Notes under the pieces: generated by a model | Database searches by the model: none | What the model was told of the DNA's origin: nothing | The model's input: the letters and a program-made list of their open reading frames with translations, nothing else | Shown: piece after piece, positions 51,613 through 64,000 of the stretch | How the letters are laid out: the number at the start of each line of letters is the position of its first letter | Position numbering within the stretch: position 1 is the first letter of the stretch | Assembly (NCBI RefSeq): GCF_000150275.1 | Contig: NW_002060955.1 | Location: 474,886-538,885 of the forward strand | Reading direction: 5' to 3' | Length of the DNA: 64,000 nucleotides | Source of the DNA: Trichoplax adhaerens | Lineage: Eukaryota > Animalia > Placozoa | Translations under genes and position numbers: made by a program

Positions 51613-54600
51613 ATGGATGTCATTTATTCTTATGATACTTATAACCAGTGCATCCCCGAGGTAACTTGATGATTTTTAGGATAATTTTTATGGTTTATTT
51701 CAACTACTTCAAGCATAAAATTACCAATTAGCTCTTTTATTTCTCGTAGTAGTATGCTGAAACTTCCTAATACGCATATGTTTATCATCACGTAATTATG
51801 AGCATTCCATAATCGGAACTACTGAATGAATCCTTTCTTTAAGTTACTTCCTTAACTTATTCAAACTATTGTTGTATGCTAGCAATACAGACACCGGCTA
51901 TAAATAGAATCGTTTAAATTAATACTACCATGAATTCTCTACACCAATGGCATAAACATGACGAAGAATTAATACAGTAGAATAGTAAGTCGTAATAATG
52001 CATAAATACTATAAATTAATTACGAAGTCTTAGACTAACAACCACGAAGGCATAAACTGCAGCCAATAAAAATTTCTAGATCGTAAGACTAAGAATGTTA
52101 CATTAGATTCAGAATTTAACCTAGTAATATTCAACTAATATCCATCTCATCTAATGTAATTAGAACGTTAACGCGTCATTAAATCAGATAAGTAAAATCA
52201 TTCCATTCCAAACGATATTTCGCAATGCATGACGGCTTGTTTAAAACTTGATCTTTATCGTTCTAATATTAGGATTGCTCTTTATTAATTACGGTAATGA
52301 TCCTAATTAGAATTTTAAAAATCTAACAGTGAAAACCTTGACTCATTAATTTACTTCTCTGTTCTTTTGCAACCTAACTCTACCGCGATAATTTTAATTT
52401 TTAGCATCAACAACATATTCAATATCACGCAAATCGTCCCTATGATGTCATGCCGCAGCAAAACGTGGTAAATCACGATGAATCTGGTGATTTACTTCTG
52501 GAAGCATTCTTTGACCAATATGATGGTAAGTTACTACAGATTTCTTCTTATTACCTAATTAATTTTTAGCTTGGCTCTATTTTTTAAATAATATTATAAA
52601 ATGTGCTTTGCTTCATGTCCCATGAGAATTTTATTACACTAATGACGGCATTGCATGACCTCATTCTTAGTCATCATATTCCTTTCCTATTTAACTTCTA
52701 GTCAAAAATTTATAATGTTGCATTTATTATCTGGCCATTGCAATAGGCATGGCAACATCGCTGCATGAGGCACTAAAAGTATTTTGTATTTTGGAGTATT
52801 TTAAATTATTTTACCACAAACATAAATTAGAAAGTAACTTAGTTTGTCAATAATCTGTAACGCATCTAAAATAAAGTCTTAATTAGCGTGGTAAAAAGAC
52901 GAAATTCTAATTTGTGACGATGCATATATATACGCATTCATTTTAGAAAGCTTTTTTAAAATCAATTTCTAACCATTAGTTATGAGATAATAGTCTCTGG
53001 GATAGCTGTTGCAGAGAAATTTTAACACTTTCAGGATATCAAATAAGTTAACTTTGCCCTAATAGATATCCTTATACATTATTAGAGCATAGTTCTATTA
53101 CCAAATTGTGCGACGAAAGCAAGTGCCAGTGGCAACGATTTGGTTTAAAATTTTCTGTTTACTATAAATGATAGTCTACCATTTCATTCATCTCTATATA
53201 AATGCAAAACTTTAGTAAAACAAATAGATAAAAGGCAGAACTGAGATAATTCTTCTGCAGATAATGTATTAATTAGTATCCTCTAAACTGAACAGACTAT
53301 AAACATGATTACTTCTAATATTAAAAACTGTTTTATCCATTTTATAATAATTTTCAGCCACTATAAAAGCTACAAAGTTGTATTTCAATTCTGTAAAATG
53401 AATGAAAATGAGACTAGAAGAATCGTTTTATTTCGACTTATATAAGCTACATTTACTTCCCTACTAGTTTATTGCAACTGAACCGTTGCGTTTTTTGTCA
53501 AATAATAATTAACCCAGAACACTCGATATTTATTCTAATTTTAGTCTCTGATTCTATTTCAGCTCAATACCCGCAGTCTCCTGAAGATCATTATAATGTT
53601 TTACCAACTTCGGGGAGTGAAATGATGACTGAGCAATACCAAGTCGGAAATCAACCGATCGATTATGAAGATAAAAGATCACAACGTAAGATTCAAACTT
53701 ACATTCGACAACATATAACATATAGACAAATAGAACGACATCGACATTTTCTCGATGTTCTCATCAGTAATGCTATCTCAGGAGATTTAATTCATCCACC
53801 TACCTGTATTAATTGTAGAGAATCCAGTGCCAATGGTGCAGCAACATTATAACGCACCTTCTTATGATCCACAAGTGATGATCAATCAGCAGGCTGTGCC
53901 TCGAATTCGCTATGGTAAATATCCATCTCATGATGCATATCCAGCAAGTCCAGTCAGCTATCGTGAAAACTCACCATCTTCCGATACAGGTGGTTATAAT
54001 GCTGTATCAAATTATAACCATCCAACAATAAAATCGCAATGGATGCCTGGTAATAATTTTAGTCCATCACAGGAAATGTCCAATGTCTGTAATTATCCAC
54101 CCATTCCATGTTGTGGTAATGAATCTGTGAAGACAATCGGTAAGTTTAAATTTATTATATTTTCACAACTCATGAAAGGCCAAACATCACATCCTCAATC
54201 TTATCATCGATCACATTAATGTATATAGAAGGAATTTCAGTTTCTTCATTCAACTAACTCAGTCTATTCATGATATCTATATATACTCATAGCTTGTGAT
54301 TTATCCAAAAAGCGATTGACCAAACGGACTTTCACTAGAGGTAAACTGATTCGAAAATCAAGCTATCATTGCAAGCGTCGGACTGGTGGAAAAGGTAAGA
54401 TATAATGGATATGAACAACGCAATTGCTTTTTCACTCAATTTAAATCACTCATATCGAGCGATCATCGAAATGATATCATACGAGTAACTTAATGTAGAA
54501 CATCAATCTACTTGATCCTCCAATCTATTTTTTAATAATGATTAATTTACTGTATATATATAAATTTTAATTGCATAAATGAAATATAGACTTTTCATTA

Positions 54601-55731
54601 TTCAAAGAATCAAAATACACTAGTCATTAATTGATAGCGATAAGTTCTAAATTTGACCTAGGATAGTATTATAGTCGATCCTTTACTATGTTGTCAAATC
54701 ATCATTGTTTTTAGACCACATTTTTAAAATCATGAAGAATTAGATCTTACTTGAAGCTATCCAAGCCACCTCATAAATATTATTAGAAAATCTATTTTAT
54801 TTACAAATACTGGATCGTAGTTACTCCACGATTTTGCATGATTAATAGGCTGTTCAAGATATAGCAGAAACCTCATTAGAAGACACTTTATTTATATTTT
54901 TTAAGAACTGCGAAGGAATCAGACTTGATTCAAAAACTGTCCAAGCTGCATTGCAATTAATTCCATTAAAAAATGTACTGTACTTTATTCTCACATGTCG
55001 ATTCACAGTCATTTGTATTTAGAGAATTAGATTTATTATAAGGCTGTCCAAGATATAGCAAAGATTTAATTATAGATACTTTATCCGTATTATTTTAAGA
55101 ATCCCGAAGAACTAGGCTATGTAAGCGTATAACACTCCTTGATATCCAAGTAAAAGAAAATTGACAACTTTACTGTCAAAACTCTTCAAATTTTAGTCTA
55201 ATAATTAATAGAGATCATGGCAACATATAACTTTCACTCGTTATTGGCCAAACCATGAAATTTTTCGTAGATATTTATTGAAATTGATAGCTAGATATGG
55301 AAATAAAGATTAACTGTTATTTTCCCTGAAAATGAAGTCACTCTTATTTTCCATTCAAGCCATCAATTCTATCATTTCTCTAAATTTTCTGTTCTAATTT
55401 TTAATCTATAGGGAAGCCTGGGTCACGCTCGAAAATCCTATGGAAATTTCTACTGAAAATGCTGCTTTCTGGTGAACATGACAGCCAAATTATGTGGTTA
55501 GAGAAAAAGAAAGGCACCTTTAAATTTATCAACTCGAGTGCAGTCGCTTCCCTTTGGGGAAAACATAAAAACAAGCCCAACATGACCTATGAAACATTAA
55601 GTCGATCGATTCGCTTTTACTATAAAAGCCAAATACTACGCAAAGTTCCTAAGCAACGATTGGTATACCAATTTGTTAACATGGAGGCGGTCAAAGCTTT
55701 CATCGAGGAATTTTGCTTGAAAAGAATTTGA
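51613..55731 (+). CDS. ETS-domain transcription factor, ELF/E74- or PDEF-like, about 350 aa
   Basis: Exons 51613-51660, 52405-52525, 53545-53685, 53819-54139, 54293-54394, 55412-55731 splice in frame (1053 nt). The last exon encodes LWKFLLKML...IMWLEKKKGTFKFINSSAVASLWGKHKNKPNMTYETLSRSIRFYYKSQILRKVPKQRLVYQF. The ETS domain is certain; the upstream exons are well supported by phase; the start codon is less sure. Confidence 0.88.
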
Positions 55732-56369
55732 TTCATGTCAAATACTTTTCTTCTTTACGAGACATTCCCGTCGAGTGTTCTCTTCATTTTAGGGTTTCTT
55801 TACCCTTTATTGCTTTTCAAGCCTTCAGTGAAGGCAACCGTTGCCAATTAAGTTGGCTCTACTTTGATGGCACTTTTCGTGTCTTTTGCTTCATGTCCTA
55901 TCAAGGTCAAATTGATATTTAACCATCATTCAATGACCGATAGAATGGCGGAAGCATTTATCATTAGTGTAATTAATTCATGATCAGGTATCCCTAGTTT
56001 TGTTGTAATCACCTAAGGTAGAACTTGATCAAATCATGAAATAATACTATGCAGTTATTAGTGTAGTTATCCTTTCAAGGCTATGGTTGGTCTAATATTT
56101 TATTTAGATGTAGGTCTGACTAAAGTTAAGTCATTTACAACCATCATCTAACTTAGAATTTGGTTTATTCGTTTAATTATACGTATAAGACGATTAATGT
56201 AGTCGTTACCTAAAAATGAAATAGTAGAGGTAATCCTTCGTTCCGAAATAGACATCGATAATAAAAGTCTTTTATGCTTGTTATTTTACACCATTTTAAG
56301 TAACAAAATACGACATCAATGCCAATTCTTCTTTATTGTATTTATCAATGCAATAATATTTTACTTAAA

Positions 56370-56730
56370 CTGTAATATTAAAATTGGTTTAGTTTACAAC
56401 GTGAAATAATCTATCTATATGGCTTTAATATTACAATACAGTAAGCAAATAGCAACATAAGTAATTGCAATTTTTAAAGCTCATATTCTGACGGTTGATA
56501 TTATAACCAAAACGTTACCACAATTTTTAGTTAAAGCATAATATTAAAATTGGCTTAGTTTAGAACGTGAAGTATTCTATCGATATGGTTTTAATGATAC
56601 AATAAGCGAATAGCAACATAAGTAGATGCAATTTTTAACAGCTCATATTCTGACGGTTGATATTGTAGCCAAACTGCTATGACAATTTTCAGTTAAAGTG
56701 TAAAATTAATATCGGTTTAGACTACACGAT
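56370..56730. repeat. Tandem duplication of about 170 bp
   Basis: taatattaaaattgg.ttagttta...gctcatattctgacggttgatatt occurs twice, with the start of a third unit at about 56700. Confidence 0.85.
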
Positions 56731-57529
56731 AAAATTTCGATTGCAGGATTTAAGGTAATGCTTGTGTCTGTATAATATTAAAAACTTTGATAGTCAATGC
56801 AGCATAAGCTAAATTTTAAATATTATTGTCACCATTACTAAGACATATTACTTCAAGTTGGATATTGAAATGGCTATGGCAGAAGTAAAATTTCTTTCTT
56901 TTTGGTCTTGATCTCGAGAATAACGAATAAAAAACATTGAAATATTAAAATGATGATATTTATTATCATTTAGCCAAAGTGCTCTAATAATATGATGGAT
57001 TCGCTATAAAGTGAAGTGTTTAGCTTTTCAATTTGATTTTCTAGCAAACAGATTAGAGTTAAGAGTCAAATTGAAAATCGTCAATCACAACTGCCATGAG
57101 TTTTCAGTTCGATATTTTACTGAAAACTAAGCAATCTCTACTTCAGTAGCTGATTCTGATAGAAATTTTATCTGAAATCATTAACTCTTCGATAGACTGC
57201 AACTTTAAGGATTGTATTCCTATATCAATCAAGTTCTACTATTCAGTAACTGTAATTTATTCATGTATAGGAAATACTCTAAGCAGTATTAAAATATATT
57301 TTTACTAGAGTTAATGACTGCAAAGTGTTCAATTCACTGGCTGTGTTCATTTTCTCCAACATTCCATATGGTGTTCAGCCATCTATTTGTGTAAAGCATT
57401 AAAGTCTAGGCGAAAGCAACATTCAATCTAGCAGAAATCACTGTTCTTCGTTTTTTAACGAGTTATATTTAAATGTTCCTTATCATTCGATTTTATGATG
57501 GAACTTTGTTAACAGATATCTCAACATGA

Positions 57530-58740
57530 ACATAAGTCAATTTTGCGCTCTGCAACTCTTGTAATATTCAATTAAAACCAAAAATATCTTACTGAACTGA
57601 TTAAAAGGAGAAAAATTTATTTATCGACATCGTTTCTGGACTAATAATCAGAGTCAAATCTGTTCTTAATGAAGATAAATTAATTTTGCGCTCCTTTACC
57701 CTGCTATGTTCAGTCATTAATCTAGCGTTGAAATATTTCAAACATTTCAGAAATAATGTTACCCTTAAATTTATGATATCTTGCAGAAATGATTAAAATA
57801 AGAAAATTTTCTTGCTAATATCCTTTTCTATAATGGTAATTAGAATTACTCTGTACAAATCCGTTACATAATTGTCTAATCGTTAGTCATTCGTATTTCT
57901 AGCATCCTCAGCATCTTAATAGCAATATTGAGCCTAAACTGTAGATGTCTTATAGAAATGATTTAAAGAGAGAAAAACTGATTCATCTGCATCATTTTTC
58001 GAGCTTGTGGTTAGAGTTAATCTGTTCTAAAGAAGAGAAGATAATTCCGTACTCCTCTACCCTTACAATATTTAATTTCTGTAAACTAAAGATATCTTGC
58101 TAAAACGATTTAAAAAGAGAAAAGATTCAAGAAAATAAATCAATCCCACGTTTTTCTACTCTGTCGCTGTTAAAGACTAGTCTACCAGCCTGCAACATTG
58201 CAAACCCTACCCATAAACTTAGGATTCGTATTTTGCAGAAATAACTTTTAATCAGGGAAATCTGCTAATCCCAATTTTTGCCATTAACGGGTACAAATCC
58301 ATTTCATATGGATTTCTTTACCCTTATAAACGTTAGTCTCTAGTCTTTTGGTATCCTCAGTAATCAATGGCAAATTATTCTTTAACGGTACATCTCGTAC
58401 AAAAATGGCTTTAAACAGGAAAAAATTACTTGTCCGAAATCCCTAATGTAAAAGTATAGATTCGTTTTATCCTGCTTTATTTTTGCAATCTACAAGCACT
58501 AATCTTTCTAGTATTCTCAGCATCTCTAATGGCAATACTATCCTTGAATTGTAGGTATCTTACAAAAATGAGTTTAAACAAGAAAAAAAATGGATGGTCC
58601 AAAATTATTTGCATTAAAGGGTTCAAATCCATTTAATCTTTTTCTACTCTTGTAATCGTTAGTCATTAGTTCTTTTAGCATCTTTAGTATGTCAATAGCG
58701 GCATTACCTCTCAACTTTAGGTATCTTATAGAAATGACTT
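57530..58740. repeat. Degenerate tandem repeat, about 180 bp unit
   Basis: (t)atctt..agaaatga.tt(t)aa..g.aaaa recurs at about 57585, 57775, 57945, 58090, 58390, 58555, 58720. Confidence 0.65.
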
Positions 58741-59619
58741 AATCATGCGATCATGCCTTGCTTATTTACTTATACTAAAACCAGCAACTTTCATTAACAG
58801 CAAGGAGAAACTGTTGCATACAGCTGCAATTTAATCATGCTGCTTGCCAGTTTAAATTGGTCAGTAGCTTGTGTCTACTGGCATTACATCAGTATTAATA
58901 ACGCTTACAGAAATTAGGTTGATTGACTTATGATAATTTATAATTTGGTAGAACGAAGAAAGAAAGTTCTATCAAGATTACTGATTCTACTGTACAGCCT
59001 AATAAGGGATCCAGGAGAAAAATTATAGTAATGTTGTTAGCGCCTAAATATTGCATGATAATCACCAATTCGTTAAGACAGCAAAGAATCGATTAGGCTG
59101 ATGAGCGCTAGGTAGTGGTTTTAAAATATTGCAGATCTTCACTAGATCAATTAGCATCTTCTGATAGTGATAAAAATGATTCTGCAATTCGAGCTATGTC
59201 CCACTTTTACCACACCTTGGAGGAGGTACTTTAATTAATTGGGAATTCAATTATTTAGTAGTCAGTAATTAATTCATGTAAGCATCCTTTTGGGTGATTT
59301 AATAATACTTCGATGGATATTTATGCAGCATAAGCAAAAAATTTAGATTGCCAGCGATATGGAAAGAAATAAGTGATATTATCTGCCTTTATTAAATTAA
59401 AGATTGCTAATTTTATGATACTGGCAAATGTCGAAGACTAGAATAAATTGACAGGAGAGGAGATTGATTTTTTTAGTTATTGCTATTTAATAGAAAAATT
59501 TTCCGACCGCAACTGTTCAATTCTCACGCAGTATGGGAACTTATACTGTAACGCTTCTAACCCCAAATTATTGCTGTAGAAAAGTAAATCGGTTGGCGAT
59601 AATATATCTCTTTTCGTCG

Positions 59620-60022
59620 ATTAATGTATAAAAGCTTTCCATACTTTATTTTGTCGGTTAAAGTATAAAAGCTTTCCCATACTTTCTTTTGCTGATTAAA
59701 GCATAAAAGCTTTCCCATGCATCGTTTTATCGATTAAAGTATAAAAGCTTTCTCATGCATCGTTTTGCCGATTAAAGTATAAAAGCTTTCCCATACTTTG
59801 TTTTGCCGATTAAAGTATAAAAGCTTTCCCATGCTTCCTATCGCCGATTAAAAATAAAAGCTTCCCCATGCTTCGTTTCGCCGGTTGCAGTACCAAAGCT
59901 TTCCCATACCTTGTTTCGCCGATTAAAATATAAAAGCTTCCCCATGCTTCGTTTCGCCGGTAGCAGTATCAAAGCTTTCCCATACCTTGTTTCGCCGATT
60001 AAAATATAAAAGCTTCTCCATA
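59620..60022. repeat. Minisatellite, 37-38 bp unit, about 10-11 copies
   Basis: gattaaagtataaaagctttcccat + variable 13 nt; most units carry a HindIII site (aagctt). Confidence 0.93.
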
Positions 60023-62789
60023 CTCCGTCACGCCAGGAAAGAAAAGATTTTCCGGTGATGTCAAAGTTAAAACAATTGTCATTTTATTCTTATATAGAAT
60101 TCTTTAATTACTTCTACTAACGATCTTTTTAAATCCTGATGAAAATACTACTTGTGTTTCTACATGATACACCTATGACCGCCCTTGGCAAACGAGAAAA
60201 ACAGTAGACGATCAGTGCTCTTCATTTTTGAAAAAAGCAGCTTTACAAGGCTAGAAAATCGATTACCATAACTGCCTTATTATTTGAAAAGAGAGAAAAT
60301 AAAATGAGTTTAAATTTTATTTTGTAGAGGTTGCTTAAGTTCTTATCCATGTTATGACTATTCTCGCTATCTCGGACATTATATGAAGATTTGTCATGGC
60401 TAAGCGAAAATAACAGACGGCAAAGATCTTTCTGTAGTAGTTTAAATTGATAGCTTCATAGTAATGGCCATGTTTCAATCTAGGGTAGCTATGATCAATT
60501 TATTTTATATCAAGAAGGTTGCGAACTCATGCAATTGTTGATATATTGTATCTTGGAAGACACCTTCTACTATCTCTTGCAGTAAATATTAACATTCCTA
60601 TAGCCTTTTAATTGCTTTATGGTGGAATATTGCAAATTTCACAGCATTTAAGCCATCATTAATACATCCAGGATTACAGTCCTGTCAGCTCTTGTAAATT
60701 GCTGATTATACAGTATAATTCAATGTAGAACTCAATGCTATCTAAAAAGGCTGAAGATTAAATCCAAATCTAAGTAGCAATATTCACCCTGATAATATAG
60801 TTTTAACACCTCATAGACAGCAATAATATTGGCTGTAGTAACAACCATTTTATACCTTTTCATCCCAAAGTGAACTTGAAATTTAAAACATGCATCTAAA
60901 CCTCAGAAATTTAAGAAATAGCACTAGAGTTTTTGATAACCTACAGATGCAATCTGCTTTCCATAGTATTGTATGAGATGACCTTTATAAAATGACTAGC
61001 TACAAAACCGATTTGGACTGGAAGGTGATAACTATTGAGTTAATACTAGAAAAGAGTGTCTGGTCTACGTATTCTGTTCGAGTAAAATTGCTTTATAACA
61101 CTTAATAATAATCCCCTAGCATAAGTTATATTGAATTATTACGAAAGGTAAAATAAATTTTTCTTTAATTGCCTTTATCCATGAATCGTTATGCACGTAC
61201 TTTCATCATTCTAATACGGATAAAGTGGATCAAAGAGTTAAAATTTTTCGATAGTTTGGGTACCATGAAGGAGGTAATCAACACTTTTAATGAGCTAGAT
61301 GACTTGGAGATACTAATCAGAATTGGATATACACTGCTGTATTCATGATGGTCATCAGAAATAAAAATGGAGGTATGACAAGAATAAAGTCATGAGGGGA
61401 TTTTTTTTGTAACTTACTCATTGCGTTGCTGTATCCTTCCTTGAACATTTTCTACACCATTTCATCAACGTGCCAAACTACCAGTAGTAGAACCTGAATT
61501 AAAACTATTATCTTCGATTATGTGGCACTGAAGGACTTGCCCATTTCATAGCATGTAATCACGACGCCATTGCTCTATTTCCCACTGAGGGATAACTTTA
61601 ATCGAGTCATGATAAAATATCTTAAAGCTGTAGACTTATGCGACGACATGGACTACTAAAAAGACTGAGAAAAGACCTTTTTGAGTAGTCCATGGTTGCG
61701 ATAACAAGACTGCTGGTAATGAATTTGTAATCCAATATATTAACATGCAAGGAAAATATAAAAATGTTGAAATACCAACTAGCCTACAGCGATTCTGGTG
61801 AATTTATAGTTGATGAACTGCAAAGGATTGATCAATATTCGGGACTTGTGTATAGAAATTTCTTTTTTTTCTTAACGTGTTGAAACAAGGTAAATTTACG
61901 TTAAGTTTCATCATCAAGGTAATGAAAAGCAAATTACTTTCTGTTCTTGTGCGTACACGCACATGATATTATACATTCATAACATCGACCTTCCGCATTT
62001 TATTAGTAATAGTCCACGCTGGTCATTTATAATGGTGATGTGATAGGGATCGATTTTCTAGTAAATAAAGATGAAGAAACTTGAATCCTACAAGTTTTTG
62101 TATCTACTGTTAGTAAAAAAAGTAGAGCCATGCTTATTTTAGCACCAGTACTAGTACTAGTACTAGTTGAGGAGTTCCATTGCACTCTAAGCTGTAGGAC
62201 TGTATATATGCATCTTTATTTACTTCTACGCTTGTTCATCCGGGTAAACCCGGTAGGATAAAACAACAAAAAAATGATTACCTACGGTAGTCATCAGATC
62301 AATTTTCGGATCTATTTATGATGTTTACAATGTTACTTATTTTTAAAAACTCTATGTACATAATAGGACATTGAAATAACTATCAAATGATTACACGATA
62401 CTTCAATGTTCTATTCTCTTTTGCTCTTCTACATTGCACATCTTGAATTGAGGGACATATCGTACATATCCATTTTTCAAAGTGGGTGGATTTTCTTCCT
62501 TGAGGTATACAATAAGGGCATTTAGCGATTTCCTATTAACGAACGCAAACATCCATAAGAACAAGTTTATACGTGTTAGGTTTTAATTTTTAATAGGTCG
62601 CTTTCTTTTTTCATGAATGTCCTCTTTGAAGTTATCTCAGCAGGCAAGTATCTTAACTTAGTCCCCCTAAAGTTTTGTCTCCATGTTGACGGCAAGGTGG
62701 AGATTTTTGTGATTACTGTGTAGTTGATCGATCATTCAATCTGCTCTATTACTTCAAAGTCTGATGTCTCCAGTTTTTATTTCAACTAA

Positions 62790-63800
62790 TTCAATTATTC
62801 CTTGTGAAGTAACTTGAATCAAGGAGGATTTTCCCTTCTAATTTGCAATAACTGCCGTCATGGCCTACGTCAATACTGGCAGTGGTAGACATAAAAAAAA
62901 AAAAAATCCTTTGCATTGCACCAATGGAATATCTGTATATACGATAGCAATGGAATTGTAGACGTCAAAATCTCTTCAACTCGGCACAACGATAAAACGT
63001 CGTCCTGAATTTAACCCATTTTAATTCCTCCTTATTGAAAGTGACTTTGATCAAAGGAGAATTTTCCCTTGCAATTGGCAATAGCTGCTGTTACGTTGCC
63101 AATATTGATATACTGTAATGGCAGAGGCAAACATGCACGAACTATTTCCAGTGAAATCGTGCCAGAAGGAAATCCTAACAAGATCAACAGTACGATACCC
63201 TTGGAGCTAATATCATAAAGCTCCAGTCACTTTAACCAGGCATTACTAACCAAAAAACAGTCGGTAATTGAACCAATTTAATTTCTCCTTATCAAAACTA
63301 ACTTTTGATCAACGGAGAATTTCCCTTGCAATTGGCAATAGCTGCCGTCATGTTGACCCATATTGATATTTTGAAAGTAGTAAACATGGAAAAAAATCAA
63401 TTCTCACTGAAATAGCAGCAAGAGAAAATCGATACAATACGTAGAGTAAGAATAAGACAATACCACTGCAACTGCAATAGAAAAAACTTGAGCCTTCAAT
63501 CATGGACCACAACAAAACGTAGTCCTTCATTGAATCCATTTATTTCATAAACCACTATTATCCAAAAAGTAACTATGATCAAAAGAGAATTTTCCTTGTC
63601 ATTAGCAATGACTGCCATCATGCTGGCCAATATCGACATTAGCCATAGCAGACATGAAAATTGAAACACCCAAGATTCCACTGCAGCTGTAATAAACCCT
63701 CAATCTTTTCAACTCTTATTCATTTCTATTTGCTCATTCAGTGCAATTTAGATTATAGGAAAAATCATCTGATCCCATTTTTCCTAGCAATGGCTACCAT
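62790..63800. repeat. Degenerate tandem repeat, about 235-275 bp unit
   Basis: actttgatcaa.ggagaattttcccttgcaattggcaatagctgc at about 62812, 63045, 63301, 63572. Confidence 0.8.
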
Positions 63801-64000
63801 CATTTTCGATTTTTTTAGCCCATGTTGATTGGCACTCGCACCTATTTCAATTCACCATTTCCAGTGGAAATAGCAAGAAAGGAGCGAGAGAGAAATTGCG
63901 CCGCGATCAAACTGTATGATACCGTTGAAGCTGTAATCAAACCTGTAACGAAAGGGTGATGCAGACGAGGTGTCAATCATGACACAATACCGTCAAGAAA

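Noticed and set aside
59620-60022. CRISPR-like look (constant about 25 nt plus variable about 13 nt)
   Set aside because: The variable parts are related to each other and too short to be spacers; no cas genes; eukaryotic context.

Overview
AT-rich, intron-rich animal genomic DNA. The TPR repeat style and gene structure suggest a placozoan such as Trichoplax (inference). All gene models were built by hand from GT/GC-AG sites and reading-frame continuity. Contents: (1) a + strand tandem cluster of soluble epoxide hydrolase (EPHX2-like) genes, with two intact 19-exon copies (5228-10809, 18238-24468) whose hydrolase residues are intact but whose HAD phosphatase motifs are degenerate, plus a more divergent pseudogene (about 26700-29732); (2) a - strand gene that the ORF track splits in two, encoding an N-myristoylation motif, 14 near-identical 42-aa TPR units that vary almost only at ligand-groove positions, and a C-terminal death domain (37481-32194). 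This candidate membrane-anchored variable receptor is the most interesting item; (3) a 6-coding-exon ELF/PDEF-like ETS transcription factor (51613-55731); (4) several solo LTRs with exact 5-bp target-site duplications, one LTR followed by a tRNA-Leu primer-binding site, a short dispersed inverted-repeat motif, and many degenerate tandem repeat arrays. No rRNA, tRNA or CRISPR was seen.
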